From assembly GCA_000091205.1 (NCBI GenBank), contig AP006486.2: a stretch of 64,000 nt of DNA; one strand, written 5' to 3'. Positions 1 through 11,362 of the stretch are shown here, piece after piece. Each line of letters begins with the position of its first letter. Position 1 is the first letter of the stretch. Under the pieces are notes generated by a model. The model did not search any database. It was given only the letters and a program-made list of their open reading frames with translations, and was not told where the DNA came from. Made by a program: the position numbers and the translations under genes. The DNA comes from Cyanidioschyzon merolae. Its lineage: Eukaryota.

Positions 1-531
1 GATGGAGACGGAATCGTTGCCAACATCCTCGAGAACACTGCGAACGCTCTGACATGGCCACAGATCCAGCCAGCGCCATCGCTGGGTGACTTGCTCTCGT
101 AGTAACTCGTTCACGTCGGATCGATCACCGCCGAATATCAGCACCAGCGTATATGGATCAGTGAGTTCCTGGGCGAGTCGTTCACGCCAGCGCTGCAGTA
201 GCTCACGCTTTTGACATTCGAGTTGAATTTGCCAGGACCGAAGCGGATGCCCCGTGCTCTGCAACGGAGCGAGCCATCCAAACAGCGCGGCATGCTCTGG
301 TCCCAGCTCTACAATGTCCGGAGATGATGCCGGTTGCTCGGCATCGTGCAGATGCCGTCGCCGTCGAAGTGCATAGCGTTGTGTCGTTCTAGTCGTGGTG
401 CCAGATTCATCCAAACCCAAGAATTCCCCAGTGAAGGAAGGACGAGCAAGCCAACGATATGGCTGAGTCAAAGCACGTACCTTACTAGGCGGAATCGCAT
501 CGGGCAACGTTATCGACGACATGAACGAGAA
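1..531 (-). CDS. Partial open reading frame running off the left window edge; hypothetical protein. Only the N-terminal side of the frame, about 175 codons, lies inside the window.
   Basis: Minus-strand frame is open from about 531 to position 1 (..ELLQRWRERLAQELTDPYTLVLIFGGDRSDVNELLREQVTQRWRWLDLWPCQSVRSVLEDVGNDSVSI). No recognisable domain and no start codon identified. Confidence 0.15.
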
Positions 532-2947
532 ACCCTAGAACGCTTTCGACGGCTGGGCTGTATCTTCCGGTCGCAGCAAGTAGCGTTGAAACCGCTCCTA
601 TCCCCGTTCCACGATAGACTGCAGTAGAGACTACCTTTGTAAAGACTGATCGCGCGACAACAACCCCCAAGCTTCTGGAAAACAGGGGCGGCAACCGGTG
701 TGCGCTCGAAGAGCAGGCCAGGGGTATGCTTGCACTGCCCCGCTGAAGCTGCAGCGTCAAGCCTATGTGGACACTGGCCTACGAGGCAGATTGCCGTTGC
801 TACTATTTAGAATAGCGGTTCCTGTACAGTTGCAAGCCTTGAGTGTGTACCAGGTCTTCGATAACAGCACGTCATCCCTATGAACCTGAAGTTCCCAGCA
901 AGGACTGCAACGCCAACACATGCCTGTTGCGCACGCATCAGATGCCGATAGATGCAATGCGTGCACTTTTGGCGGGAATGAACGAAACTGAATATCACAG
1001 TACAATGTATACATAAGCGGACAGCCTCCGATGCATCACGCGGCTGCCGTGCGTGCTGCACTGCAGACACTCATTCCCCAGCGCCGAAACGCTGCTTCTT
1101 CGAGAGCGACGCGCTTTCAATCGAGTAACCGGAGGCTTTAGCCAGCGCTGCCGTGTGTGTCAAGCGCTCTTCGGGGAACGTTTCGCGTAGTTCACAGTTT
1201 CGGTGGAGGAGAAGACGGCTTTTTGCTTGCAGCATGTCCGCGTCACGAGCCCAGTACGCTGGCTTTGCGGCCGTCCGCAACTCAGTGTATAACTTGTTCA
1301 TGCGTCGGTCCTCTGTGTTTGCGATTGTTATCGTGGCCCTGGGGTATGCTGGATCGGAGGCAATGAATAATTCAGTGGAGCGCGCTTGGGAGCGATACAA
1401 CAAAGGCAAGCTATGGAAACACCTCGAGGCTGAGGTGCGGGCGAAACAAGCCCAAGAGGCAGCCGCAGCTGTTGCGGCGGCGACGGCGTCGGACTCCGAA
1501 ACAGCTCAGACTGCGGACTGAGCGCGTGCTCTCGGGTTTAACGCTGTGCAGGCTGCGCGTTGGTTGGCGACTCTGCTCATGGTTGCGCAAAGAGCGCGTG
1601 GTTTCCGTTGGAAGCTTCGCACGTGATCCAACAAGTACTGCGCTCAGGTCACCGGCGATTCAGCTTGGACGTAAAATGCGAACTAGCATCGGGGGCATGC
1701 CGTTCACCCCCATGGGTTCCCAGCGCACTTCTCAGTGGCAACGAAGCATGCTCATGCGTGCGCATGTTTCGTTTTCTGTTTCTAGTTCGAGAACGGTGCA
1801 CCATTCGAGGAGCGTTCAGAGATCATACAGACACTCATTTCTCGACTCGCAGCAGACCTGAATGATTCTCATGATCGCACTGAACGCCAACTTGTTTCGA
1901 TCAAGTTGATCAGCGCACCGCACTGGCGAGACTGCGTTGCGCATAACGGTCGCCACATGAGCACGCAGTGCATATTTCTCTATCTTCTGCGTTGAAACCG
2001 GCCTGAGATCTCTCACTTGCAACGATGCAACTGGTGTCAGTGGTCTGATTACGGGGATGCTTGCCTTTGCAGGTCTCGAAAATTAGATCATTCAAGTCAG
2101 TATCCAGCGTTCTTCATCGTGCGGCTTGGGTTCTGCATTTGCGGAGGCCGGTCTTCACGGATGGCCTCAGTTCGACAATCACACCGAGAGCACTGGTAAT
2201 CTGTAGCGCTCTATACGAAACGCGCTTTTGCCCACTTGCAACCGATGGGCTCTCAACCGAATCTCAAAATTGCCATTCGATCCGCGTGTGGAACCCCTTG
2301 TAACTGGAGAACAGGGTCTGCTCCTGTTCTTGACGAGAGGCCAGCATCCTTTCGCCAAGGCTCGTCAAAGCGCCTCCAACTGCCGCCTGCAACTCAACGA
2401 AAAACCGTGGCCATCGTGTGCTATCGCAACAACGAGAAGCTAAAGCAGGCTGTAGTGGTTGTCTCGTACAGTGCAACTCCGGGAACGCCGCGCTCCATTG
2501 ACATTGACGTGTCGACCAGGCGCCTGAGCAGCGGCAGCCGCGTCGGCAAGCCTGTCCCCAAAAGCATCCAAAAGCATCCAAAGGACGTGTAGCACACATC
2601 CAACTGCACTGCACGCGACCAGACCTGGAACCTGGAGTCTACTGTAGTTTTTCGGCAGCGTCAGACTCGGTTCCCTTTGTAACAGCGGTCAGCGCCGTCT
2701 GACCGGTCGCAGTCGTCAAGACGTACGCTAGACGTGCAACGCTAGCGGCCACAGTAGACCCTGCAGACGCATATCCACAAGCCGCTATAAGAGTCGACGA
2801 GCACTAGCACTCACAACAACACAGGCTACTGGTCGCCCGTTCATTCGCTGCTGCCAGGCACTCAACCAAACTCGGCGAAAGACCCCGTTTTCTAAGACTA
2901 GAAACCCTTCGATACAGACAGCTTTTATACTCGCTGTACTTGCGACA

Positions 2948-4657
2948 TTGAACACCGTACATAGTACACAGCTTCTGACACCAGCGTTCCCGGGCGAGCA
3001 AGTCCCCACAGCACGTGCCCAGTGTACGGTACGTTTCAGGCGCTTCGCGCCGGGCGCTGGGCAAGCGTTCCCGGGGAAGCGACGCTTGCGGGGTACCCAG
3101 GATCACCCACTGCCACCAACTATGAACGTTGAGTATGGGAAACCTAATGGGAAAGTGTTCAACGACAGCATACACGGCCACATTTACATGCCAGACTACT
3201 GCGTGCGCGTCATCGATACGCCACACTACCAACGCCTGCGTGACCTGAAGCAACTCGGAGTCGTGTACTGGACTTTTCCTGGGGCGAGCCACAATCGCTT
3301 TGAGCACGGCATCGGAACTGCGTACTTGGCAGGTTCCATGGTCACCAATCTTCTTTCGAGGAGCGATTCAATTGCACCCCAGCTGGCCACCAGAAGCGGC
3401 CCTGCACAACCGAGCGAACGAGCAGCGACTCGAGCGCACCCGCTGGACCCTGTGGCGCTCACTTCGTCGACCGCCACCGACTCTGGCGCACGTCAAGGCC
3501 TGCAAAGTAACTGGCGGGATCTCGAGCGTGACTTGCGTCTCGTACGTCTGGCTGGACTGTGTCATGATCTGGGCCATGGACCCTTCTCGCACGTTTTCGA
3601 CCATCAGCTGCTGCCGCGACGAGGTATTCAGAGCGACGTGTATGGGCGCTTTCACGAGCAGCGCTCAGCAATGCTTCTCGCGCACATGTGTCAGCAGTTC
3701 GAGGTCGCACTAGACGCTATGGAAGAGGCGCTCGTTACTGATATGATTCTGGGTAGGCTGAGTCCGCAGAGTGCACGTCTAACGAACCGTTTCCTGCTCG
3801 CTGTGGTGAATAATCAACGCTCTGGAGTCGATGTGGACAAGTTTGATTACTTGACGCGGGATGCACGCTACACCCTGCCGCGCTCTGCAGGTTTCGATTA
3901 TGAACGCTTCCTGCGCTTCAGCCGCGTCATCGGAGATGAGATCTGCTACCACATCAAGGAGGCGAACAACCTGTACGACATGTTCAGTACGAGAATGCGC
4001 ATGCACAAAATGGTTTACAACCACCGAGCGGTTAAGGCCTGTGAGTTTATGATTACGGATGCCATGGTCTTGGCTGACGAGTTCCTGGGTCTTTCGCGTT
4101 CTATCCAGGACCCAGAGGCATTTCTTCAGCTCAGTGACTGGATCCTGAAGCGGATTGAGTTTTCCACGGAGGCGTCGCTTGGCGCAGCCAAGTCGCTGAT
4201 CCAACAGCTGCAACGACGTGAGCTTTATCGATTCGTTGGTGCCGCGCTGGTTCCAGTATCGTGTGCGTCTGTTAGTGCTGGTGACTTAACCGCCTGGCAA
4301 AGCGACGGCTTCGTTCAGTTACGACCAGAGGATCTCATTGTGCACCATCAAGTCATAAACTATGGCAAGGAAGGTGGAGCGGACCCCGTCGAGCAGGTGC
4401 GATTCTTTGTCGATTGGTCCACCGATGAGACCGTTGGCGTACGTCGAGAGCAGGTAAGTTCCCTGATTCCGAGCCATTTCGAAGAACGGATGCTCATGGT
4501 CTATTCACGTCGACGCGACCCGCGTTATGTGCAGGCAGCACGACAGGCGTTTGAGCGAATGCTCCAGCGGCAGGGCGGATGGAGTCCTCCGCATCGACAA
4601 GTTGGCGCTGGGGAACAGCTGCCACAACTCTTTCCTGATCGTAAAACCATCGCCTAG
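2948..4657 (+). CDS. HD-domain dNTP triphosphohydrolase, SAMHD1-like. The true start may be the internal Met near 3122 (MNVEYGKPNGKVFNDSIHGH).
   Basis: Motifs FNDSIHGHIYMPDYCVRVIDTPHYQRLRDLKQLGVVYWTFPGASHNRFEHGIGTAYLAG and LCHDLGHGPFSHVFD match the SAMHD1 HD-domain signature (H..H, HD, D). Single 569-codon ORF with a low-complexity insert. Confidence 0.75.
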   Translation: MNTVHSTQLLTPAFPGEQVPTARAQCTVRFRRFAPGAGQAFPGKRRLRGTQDHPLPPTMNVEYGKPNGKVFNDSIHGHIYMPDYCVRVIDTPHYQRLRDLKQLGVVYWTFPGASHNRFEHGIGTAYLAGSMVTNLLSRSDSIAPQLATRSGPAQPSERAATRAHPLDPVALTSSTATDSGARQGLQSNWRDLERDLRLVRLAGLCHDLGHGPFSHVFDHQLLPRRGIQSDVYGRFHEQRSAMLLAHMCQQFEVALDAMEEALVTDMILGRLSPQSARLTNRFLLAVVNNQRSGVDVDKFDYLTRDARYTLPRSAGFDYERFLRFSRVIGDEICYHIKEANNLYDMFSTRMRMHKMVYNHRAVKACEFMITDAMVLADEFLGLSRSIQDPEAFLQLSDWILKRIEFSTEASLGAAKSLIQQLQRRELYRFVGAALVPVSCASVSAGDLTAWQSDGFVQLRPEDLIVHHQVINYGKEGGADPVEQVRFFVDWSTDETVGVRREQVSSLIPSHFEERMLMVYSRRRDPRYVQAARQAFERMLQRQGGWSPPHRQVGAGEQLPQLFPDRKTIA

Positions 4658-5518
4658 TTGAGCGATATGCCTCGTGAAATACCGTTTTCAAGTGGTCAGG
4701 ATGCCGACGCTATTGTACGCGCTGTCTCGTAGACGATGCTGGTGTGCACGTCGTCATCCTGCGGGCGATACTGACCGGGATGTCGTCGTCTCTGAGGCAG
4801 TTCGCTGCTGCCCAAGTCCGCAAGCGTCGAAGCAATGAGCGTCGGCTCCGGTATCGAATGTCTGCGCAGAACAGAACGGGAAGCAACGGCGAGCTACGCT
4901 AGAATTGGTTGTTTAAAGGACACGTGGTAGCATACGGGTTCCTGTTCGAGGGCATCGCACTCGAGCAGCTGTTCAGACGCGTCTGAAGACGAATTTCGCG
5001 TCTCTAAGTCTTACCATTCTTGGTGTAGTTTGTGTACGGGACGCGCTCTTGCATGTCGTCGAATTACCCTTGGTGCAGTTTTCCCGAGGCACAAGCACAA
5101 CCCCGAGCTGGACGCTCCTTACGTTTCTCGAACACCGTCGTCGCCCGCAGTGTTCAGATAAAGCTGCCTCAACAGTTGAAGGGAACAGGGCCCCGCTTCC
5201 CCTGAATCTGCGCTGAAAACTCGTTTTCGCTCATCAATACGATAAAGCTGTTCGGGAGCGAGTGAATCCTCTTCCCGTCGATCCCGTCTCGCAGTCTTCG
5301 TCGCTTGGATCGACGCTCGACCGACGATACCACTAGCCGAACAAGCGAGACCAGCGAGTTACTGTAACACAGCAGCTGCATTGATATCTAGATCGAGTTT
5401 CGCGTCTTGCGCGTGAGTATTCTACACGGAGATATACAAACGTCAGCTGATGGACGTTATCGAAGAATGACCAATGTCGCACCAGAGTAGAAAGAGGCCA
5501 TATACATAATACGGTCGT

Positions 5519-5750
5519 AAAGTTCGTCTCTTTTACAGATATCAATCATCGTTGCCTTTGCTGGCTTTTATCGGGAGGGGTTCCTCTTCCGCTCAGTTGT
5601 CTCTGGCCCTGAATACGTCTATCTTCCGTATATACTAAAGTTCGTCTCTTTTACAGAGATCAATCATCGTTGCCTTTGCCGGCTTTTATCGGGACGGGTG
5701 CCTCTTCGTCTCAGTTGTCTCTGGCTCTGAATACGTTTATCTCTCCTGGC
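5519..5750. repeat. Tandem repeat, about 120-bp unit, 2 copies
   Basis: Unit aagttcgtctcttttacaga(t/g)atcaatcatcgttgcctttgc..ctcagttgtctctggc.ctgaatacgt is repeated at 5519 and 5638 with a few substitutions. Confidence 0.8.
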
Positions 5751-7088
5751 TCTCCAGCTCCGTTGACCGCAATTCAAGGATTTTGATGGCAGCGTTGACG
5801 TTTCGATTTTCGATTGCACGGCATTCGGATGCTGTCGACAAATTCCATGCATAAGCGGAAGTTGCGAGCAACGCATCGATTTTCATGCTCAGCTTCTTCG
5901 TAGACAGCATCGATGCGTCCACTACATCTGTGAAACTTGCCTGTGGCCGGGTGATCGCATATGTGCACCACATCTCGTCCTCTGAACGCTGCCCTGCGGC
6001 ACCTCCAGGCACGCTTCATCGCTTGGTGTACACCCACGAGGTGTACAGTGGGATCCCCTCGATGTCGTGTTCCGTTTCCACGTCAAGTGCCATCCCTGAC
6101 AATCATGGGGTCGTGTGGGCGATGCCCATGGCGAGAGCGCTCTCTCCCGCATACGCATGCCCACACTGTTTTATTCGATAGAGGAGCTGTGGAACGCGAT
6201 CTTACCGATGATGACAAAAGCACCGGACGCATAATCCAGGCTGGAAAGCTAGTGCAGACATTGCGACCAGTCCATGCTCCCATCGTGTAAAACGGTGAAA
6301 AACTCTCCCCGGAAAAATCGCCGCGTTCGCTCATACCCGAGTCCATGATCCTTTCCGATGCAGACAGTAAAAATGTCGGCAGCCTCAGCGAGCATACCCC
6401 ATTGAACATATCATACCGCTGTAGACTGCCGTTGTATCGATAGCCATAAACAGAAGATGAGTTGTCTTACGGATGAAATCGATTATTTCAACGTGACAAG
6501 TTCAGTGAACTTTCGACACGAGCAAGTGAACAAGTCGTCCATACACGATCATGAGTTTTGTTTTCTCCTTCATCTAGCAGCGCAAAATCACAACGCGCAT
6601 CATTTGCCCTGCAACAGCAAGATCGAAAAATTCGAATCATGCGTAACTTGAGCATGCTAGACCGAAGGACAGGAAAACAGGGTATACTTGTACATATGGA
6701 AAGTCTAACGACACCAGTGATATTAAGAATCCTATTCGAAACCGTTGCCCATTATCTTGGTTCTGGTAACGTACCGTATTCCAGCGGCTAAGGATCCAAG
6801 CAGCAACCCCAAATCGACTACCGAGAAACCCACAACTTTCTATGCACCCGTATGCACTAATCACTGGAATTCGAATGTTGATGCTTTCCACTCTGATACA
6901 TCTTCCGCAAAAATCGCAATGCTGGAGCAGAGCGAGCAGCGCGGATTCCCCTGGTAATCCGCGACTAGTCCAGGTCGCTGTGGATCGAGAGCATGCGTCC
7001 CGCGCCATGCCACGATTTTCGCCTGCGATCATGGGGCACATTCACGTCATTACGTCGCTCGTGACGATTCCTGTTGAACCAGTGCCCT

Positions 7089-8999
7089 TTACGGTGTTTC
7101 CTGATCCATGGCGGAGAGATGGACTAGTGCCTTGTCGGCTTGGTAGGCGACGTCGACGTCGGTTTCGGCGTCGCTCGCTGAGGAATGCGCCTCTAGTGCT
7201 GGCCGCAACTGCGTCATACGAGCTTGCTTCGAAATGTATGGAGCCAGTCGCATAAGTGTTTTCGCGGTAACAAGACGCACGTTCGGAACCGGGTCGCTGC
7301 TCGCCTTTTGGACCAGCAGGGGCAACAGGTACTTTTCATTGGTTCCCGGATCCAGAACAGTTGCGAGCTCTCCCATCGCCTGCAACGCTGTAATCCGGTA
7401 CAGGTAGGAGGTGCTGGTCTCAAAAATACGCTGGACACAGGGTATCGCCTGTTCGATTGCCCAGCTAGCCCCGAATAAACGCACCAGCTCTGCCAGGTTT
7501 TTGATCGCTGCCTCTCGAACAGCGTATACCGCATCGGTGAGCCACGCTACGCAGAGCAGGCCCAGCTTGCGATCGAGGTCGAAGTACTGCCGCCCAAGCT
7601 GCTTGGCCAACGATGCCATATGCTGAATGATGGCTAGACGGACACGCCAGTTGCGATCCTCGGCGAGCTCAACAATAGCAGGAAGCAGGTCGCTCACGAG
7701 ACGCTCGATGCCCACTACTGCGCTGAGCTGGTCGAGGTTCGAGATCACGCCCAGTCGTACGTCGGGGCAATCGTCTTTGAGCAGAATCAAAACAAGTGGA
7801 AACAATACCTGCAGCGTATGAGAACGGCCCATGATGGGCGCCAGTGCCAGGATCGAGCCAGCGACTGCAGTTCGGACGTGCTGATTGGCATCGTGGACAA
7901 GCTCCTTCATAACGGGAACGAGCTCCTGTACGGTGGCCTCAGAGCTGGCAGCTCGGACAACATCGGCGAGCTTCAGCGCTGCCGCAGTGCGTACCTCTGC
8001 TTCCCCGTCACGAAGCAAGCGGCAAAAGATACCCACCATACCATCGGGTTTGATTGTACTCAGTCGATCTGCGACTAAGTATCGAACTCGCCACGACTTG
8101 TCTGCCGCCAAGCGGAGAACTAGTGCGAACAGCGTCGGTCGATCTGTCTCAGGCAAGAGGCTCACGATTTTTTCCGCGTTCTCTACAACCAGCAGTCGCA
8201 CAGAATCCTGGTCATCTTCCGCGAGCTCTGCGAATAATTTGAGCAGGAAACCCGACACGTGAACTGGCTCGAGCGCTGCCGCAAACTCAGCAAGATGCGA
8301 CGCTGCTGCCCGCCGCACCATCGGCGTGTCGTCCTTCGCCAGAGAGAGAAACAGCGACCGCAGCTCCGCCCGCGCATCTGTCTCAGACGCCACAAGTCCA
8401 GCGTATGTGGTCGCAAAAAGCGCTGTTGCCGAAATACGCGAAGTAAACCAGTCACCTTCGGCGAGCCGCTTCAGCAATGGGTAGAAAGCGTCCAGAAACC
8501 AGTGCTCGCCCGGTTCACAGCAGCGAGCGAGCGAGAGAATCGATTCGACAGCACGCTCCCGAACAACGGTCTCCTCAACCTGAGCGAGTTGTTCCAGCGG
8601 TTCGAGCATCGCAGATAGATAGTCTTTTCCCCCGACGTATGGGAGAAAGCGCTCGTCCAACTGGCCCGCAAGCGCGAGCAGGACCTCATCTTCATCATCT
8701 ATGGTCTCCAGCACGAAAGGCAGTAGCTCCGTACGTGTTCGTTCTTCCCCGATGGCTTTCGCTATCCGTGGAAGCTCCTGTATCGCGTGTATGCGTAGCG
8801 ATACATCGTCGTGACGAAGTTCGTCTATAAGCGCTGCAACTGGCGTCGCATCGGCTGTTGCATCAGCGGAGCGTGTCGAAATGTTCAGGGTGTCTGCGGC
8901 TACTTCCATGCTGGCCAAGCAACGCAAAGCCGGAATGGTTCCAGACCCAACTCTTCCGACTGAACCCGTCCGATCTTGAAGCTCCGAACTCTTCGCCAC
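7089..8999 (-). CDS. PPP2R1: Protein phosphatase 2A scaffold subunit A (PR65, HEAT repeats). The start is probably the internal Met ([10 protein letters not shown]..) near 8909.
   Basis: [60 protein letters not shown] aligns with the PR65 N-terminus ([45 protein letters not shown]). A continuous 15-HEAT-like periodicity follows. Confidence 0.85.
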   Translation of the reverse strand: [636 protein letters not shown]

Positions 9000-9119
9000 C
9001 AGGTACCGTTCGTTCGCGTCTACGTAGTACCGCTACGAGAGCCTGGTGCGAGCTTCCTGCGTGCAGGCGCTAGACTCGCGTCTCTCTCGCTCTGTCTCTC
9101 GAGCTGAGGTGCCAACGAA

Positions 9120-9162
9120 CTACGCACACGCACACGCACGCACACACACACAGCAGACCTGA
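9120..9162. repeat. Microsatellite (CA/ACGC)n
   Basis: acgcacacgcacacgcacgcacacacacaca. Confidence 0.9.
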
Positions 9163-9629
9163 GCCTGGTGTCGTGGATGGACTGCCTCCTGACACGATAC
9201 GCGAACGAGGTAGCTTCACGCACGCTTTCCAGGTAGACGCAAGCGATTCACTCACAAGTCAACTGCCGAACGCCCAGGAAGCAGCGCTATACGGGTGGTG
9301 AGCGCGCAGCCTTGAGAGCACGCCAGCTAGAGGCGCTTGCGACCAGCTGCGCAACGAAGCCTATCAAACGACAGCGTCTGCTGTCTGGCACAGCCACAAC
9401 GCCGGCTCGTATACCCTTACGTTCTGGACGAGTACGAGGCGGATGGCGCAGGTGGCGTTCGGGCGCGCTGACGACCGCACCCGCCGCCGTCGCCTGTACG
9501 ACACAGCGGATGTGCGTCCGGCGTTGTGGCGTGCAGCACAGGGCCGCGCCGCCACGTGCAGCGTATGATGATCCCCAGATGACATGTCCGTTTATTCCTC
9601 ATCTTTCTCATTGTGATATGGTCACGGAG

Positions 9630-9676
9630 GCAGCAGCAGCAGCAGCAGCGCCACCGGAATCGCCGTGCGCAAGCGT

Positions 9677-9708
<32 letters not shown>

Positions 9709-9709
9709 C
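9630..9709. repeat. Adjacent (CAG)n and (CGG)n microsatellites
   Basis: cagcagcagcagcagcagc at about 9630-9650 and cggcggcggcggcggcggcggcggcggcgg at about 9677-9709. Confidence 0.9.
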
Positions 9710-9943
9710 ACCGGGGCGAATACCGCAATCGATACACTGCTTTCTGGGTTGCATTGTTTAGACGCTGCGTTTCCAGTGCAAAACACTGTGCTGAAACGCT
9801 CGTGAATTGCTGAAAAAATACATACGGGGAAACGCTTGCCAATTTTGTAAATTTTTGTCTGGGAACCGCGGAACGAGTTTATACAACACGGTGCTGAAGC
9901 TTGTTATCGGAGACTTGAACACGTCCCTGCTCGGTAGCGCATC

Positions 9944-11305
9944 ATGTTTGTTGAAACGTTCGCAGTGCTCGCTGGTGCGCGTTTGGCGACCTTGTGGCGA
10001 CTCAGGGCGAACACGGTCTGCTCGGGTGTGGTCTCGCACAGGCCACGACTGGCCTCTGGTGCTGTGGCGAGCGGCGCTCGACAGCGGCGAACGCCGAGAG
10101 GCGGACTGAAAGCAGCACGCCGAAACCTTCACATGACAGCGGAAGCGACCCCCATTCAACCCAGCCGGGAGGATGTCTTGCTTGGGCAGCTGGTGTTCAT
10201 GCAACCTGAGCTGCTCCCCAAGTTCATCGAGGAAAATTTGGAGGAGTTTGATGCCGCTTTTTACGAATTTCTCCAGCAAAAAATAGACACCACAAAGGAC
10301 CTCGAGGAACGCGTTACGCTGAGTACTTTGAAAGATGCTATTACCGATTTGATGAACGAGTTGCTGCGAAAGCAGGGATCGGAAATGAAGTCTGCAAAAC
10401 CGGAGGAACGCCCGGACGACTCTGAAATGACGTTACAGCGGGAACTTGAACAGCTGTACCAGAGTTTGGCGCAGCACGCCAGCGATGAGGATCGCCTCCG
10501 CGTGGCAGTCGCAGCCAACTATGACCGCTTCACTGCTGCGTTCTTGAATTATGTCTTCGAGAGGGCCCACGGAGAACAGAATAACAGCGCTGAAGCCGCC
10601 AAAGTCGCCCAGGCTATCAATGATGAGATGAAATCGCGTATGGATCGAGCCGCGCAGCGCCTGTCAGAGGTGTTGCGCAGCGGCGCGCCCAAGGCAATGT
10701 CTATGAAGCTGCGGGAAATCGGAGCGAACGGGGGTATTGATGAGGCATTTATGCTCATTATGCAGGCGAATATAGAGAGGGCGAAGAAGGAAGGTGCGAA
10801 CGCGCAAGTAATTTCCATACTGGAATCGCTTCGGCAGGAGGCATCGCGGATTATTGACGAGGCTGTGAAAGACAAGGAGCTGCGTCTGGTGCGTGCGCTG
10901 CTGCGCACCGAGGACCCCGAACAGCGGCGGCAAATGCTGTTTGCGGCCTTCTCCCCGCGGGATCGCGTCTTCATTGCTCCGGACGCAAACTCTGAGGCAC
11001 AAATGGAAATCGACGGCAAGCGTTTCCTGGAAATTCTCCGCGAGCTCATTGAAAAATACGGAGCCATTGACGAGAAACTTGTTTCTCGTTGCCGCGAAAT
11101 CGGTGATCAAGCGGACGAAGTGGCGCGTGAGCTACTGGAGCTTGTGGGTAAAAGCCCACGCGAGATTCAGGATGAGGCCTGGATGCGCACTTTATCCGTG
11201 TTCGAGCTGGAGCGAATGGAAATTCAGGCTGAAATGGAGGGTCGCAAGTTGCCCTGGCAGGAACGCCCTCCTGGATTCGATGAGCAAGGTCGTCGGCATC
11301 TGTAG
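9944..11305 (+). CDS. Hypothetical coiled-coil protein with an R/S/A-rich N-terminus, possibly an organellar presequence
   Basis: 453-codon ORF. N-terminal 60 aa are rich in R, A and S and lack acidic residues; the remainder is E/K/R/L-rich predicted coiled coil. No family recognised. Confidence 0.45.
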   Translation: MFVETFAVLAGARLATLWRLRANTVCSGVVSHRPRLASGAVASGARQRRTPRGGLKAARRNLHMTAEATPIQPSREDVLLGQLVFMQPELLPKFIEENLEEFDAAFYEFLQQKIDTTKDLEERVTLSTLKDAITDLMNELLRKQGSEMKSAKPEERPDDSEMTLQRELEQLYQSLAQHASDEDRLRVAVAANYDRFTAAFLNYVFERAHGEQNNSAEAAKVAQAINDEMKSRMDRAAQRLSEVLRSGAPKAMSMKLREIGANGGIDEAFMLIMQANIERAKKEGANAQVISILESLRQEASRIIDEAVKDKELRLVRALLRTEDPEQRRQMLFAAFSPRDRVFIAPDANSEAQMEIDGKRFLEILRELIEKYGAIDEKLVSRCREIGDQADEVARELLELVGKSPREIQDEAWMRTLSVFELERMEIQAEMEGRKLPWQERPPGFDEQGRRHL

Positions 11306-11309
11306 GGCA

Positions 11310-11362
11310 CACATACACACACACAGACAGACAGACATACAGACAGACAGACAGACACACGG
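11310..11362. repeat. Microsatellite (CA)n/(CAGA)n
   Basis: cacatacacacacacagacagacagacatacagacagacagacagacacac immediately after the stop of the preceding ORF. Confidence 0.9.

Noticed and set aside
7224-8830. Plus-strand ORFs (for example 7885-8262, 8259-8618, 8477-8830) antisense to the PP2A-A gene
   Set aside because: They lie antisense to a well-supported HEAT-repeat CDS and have arginine- and serine-rich, low-complexity composition; GC-driven artefacts.
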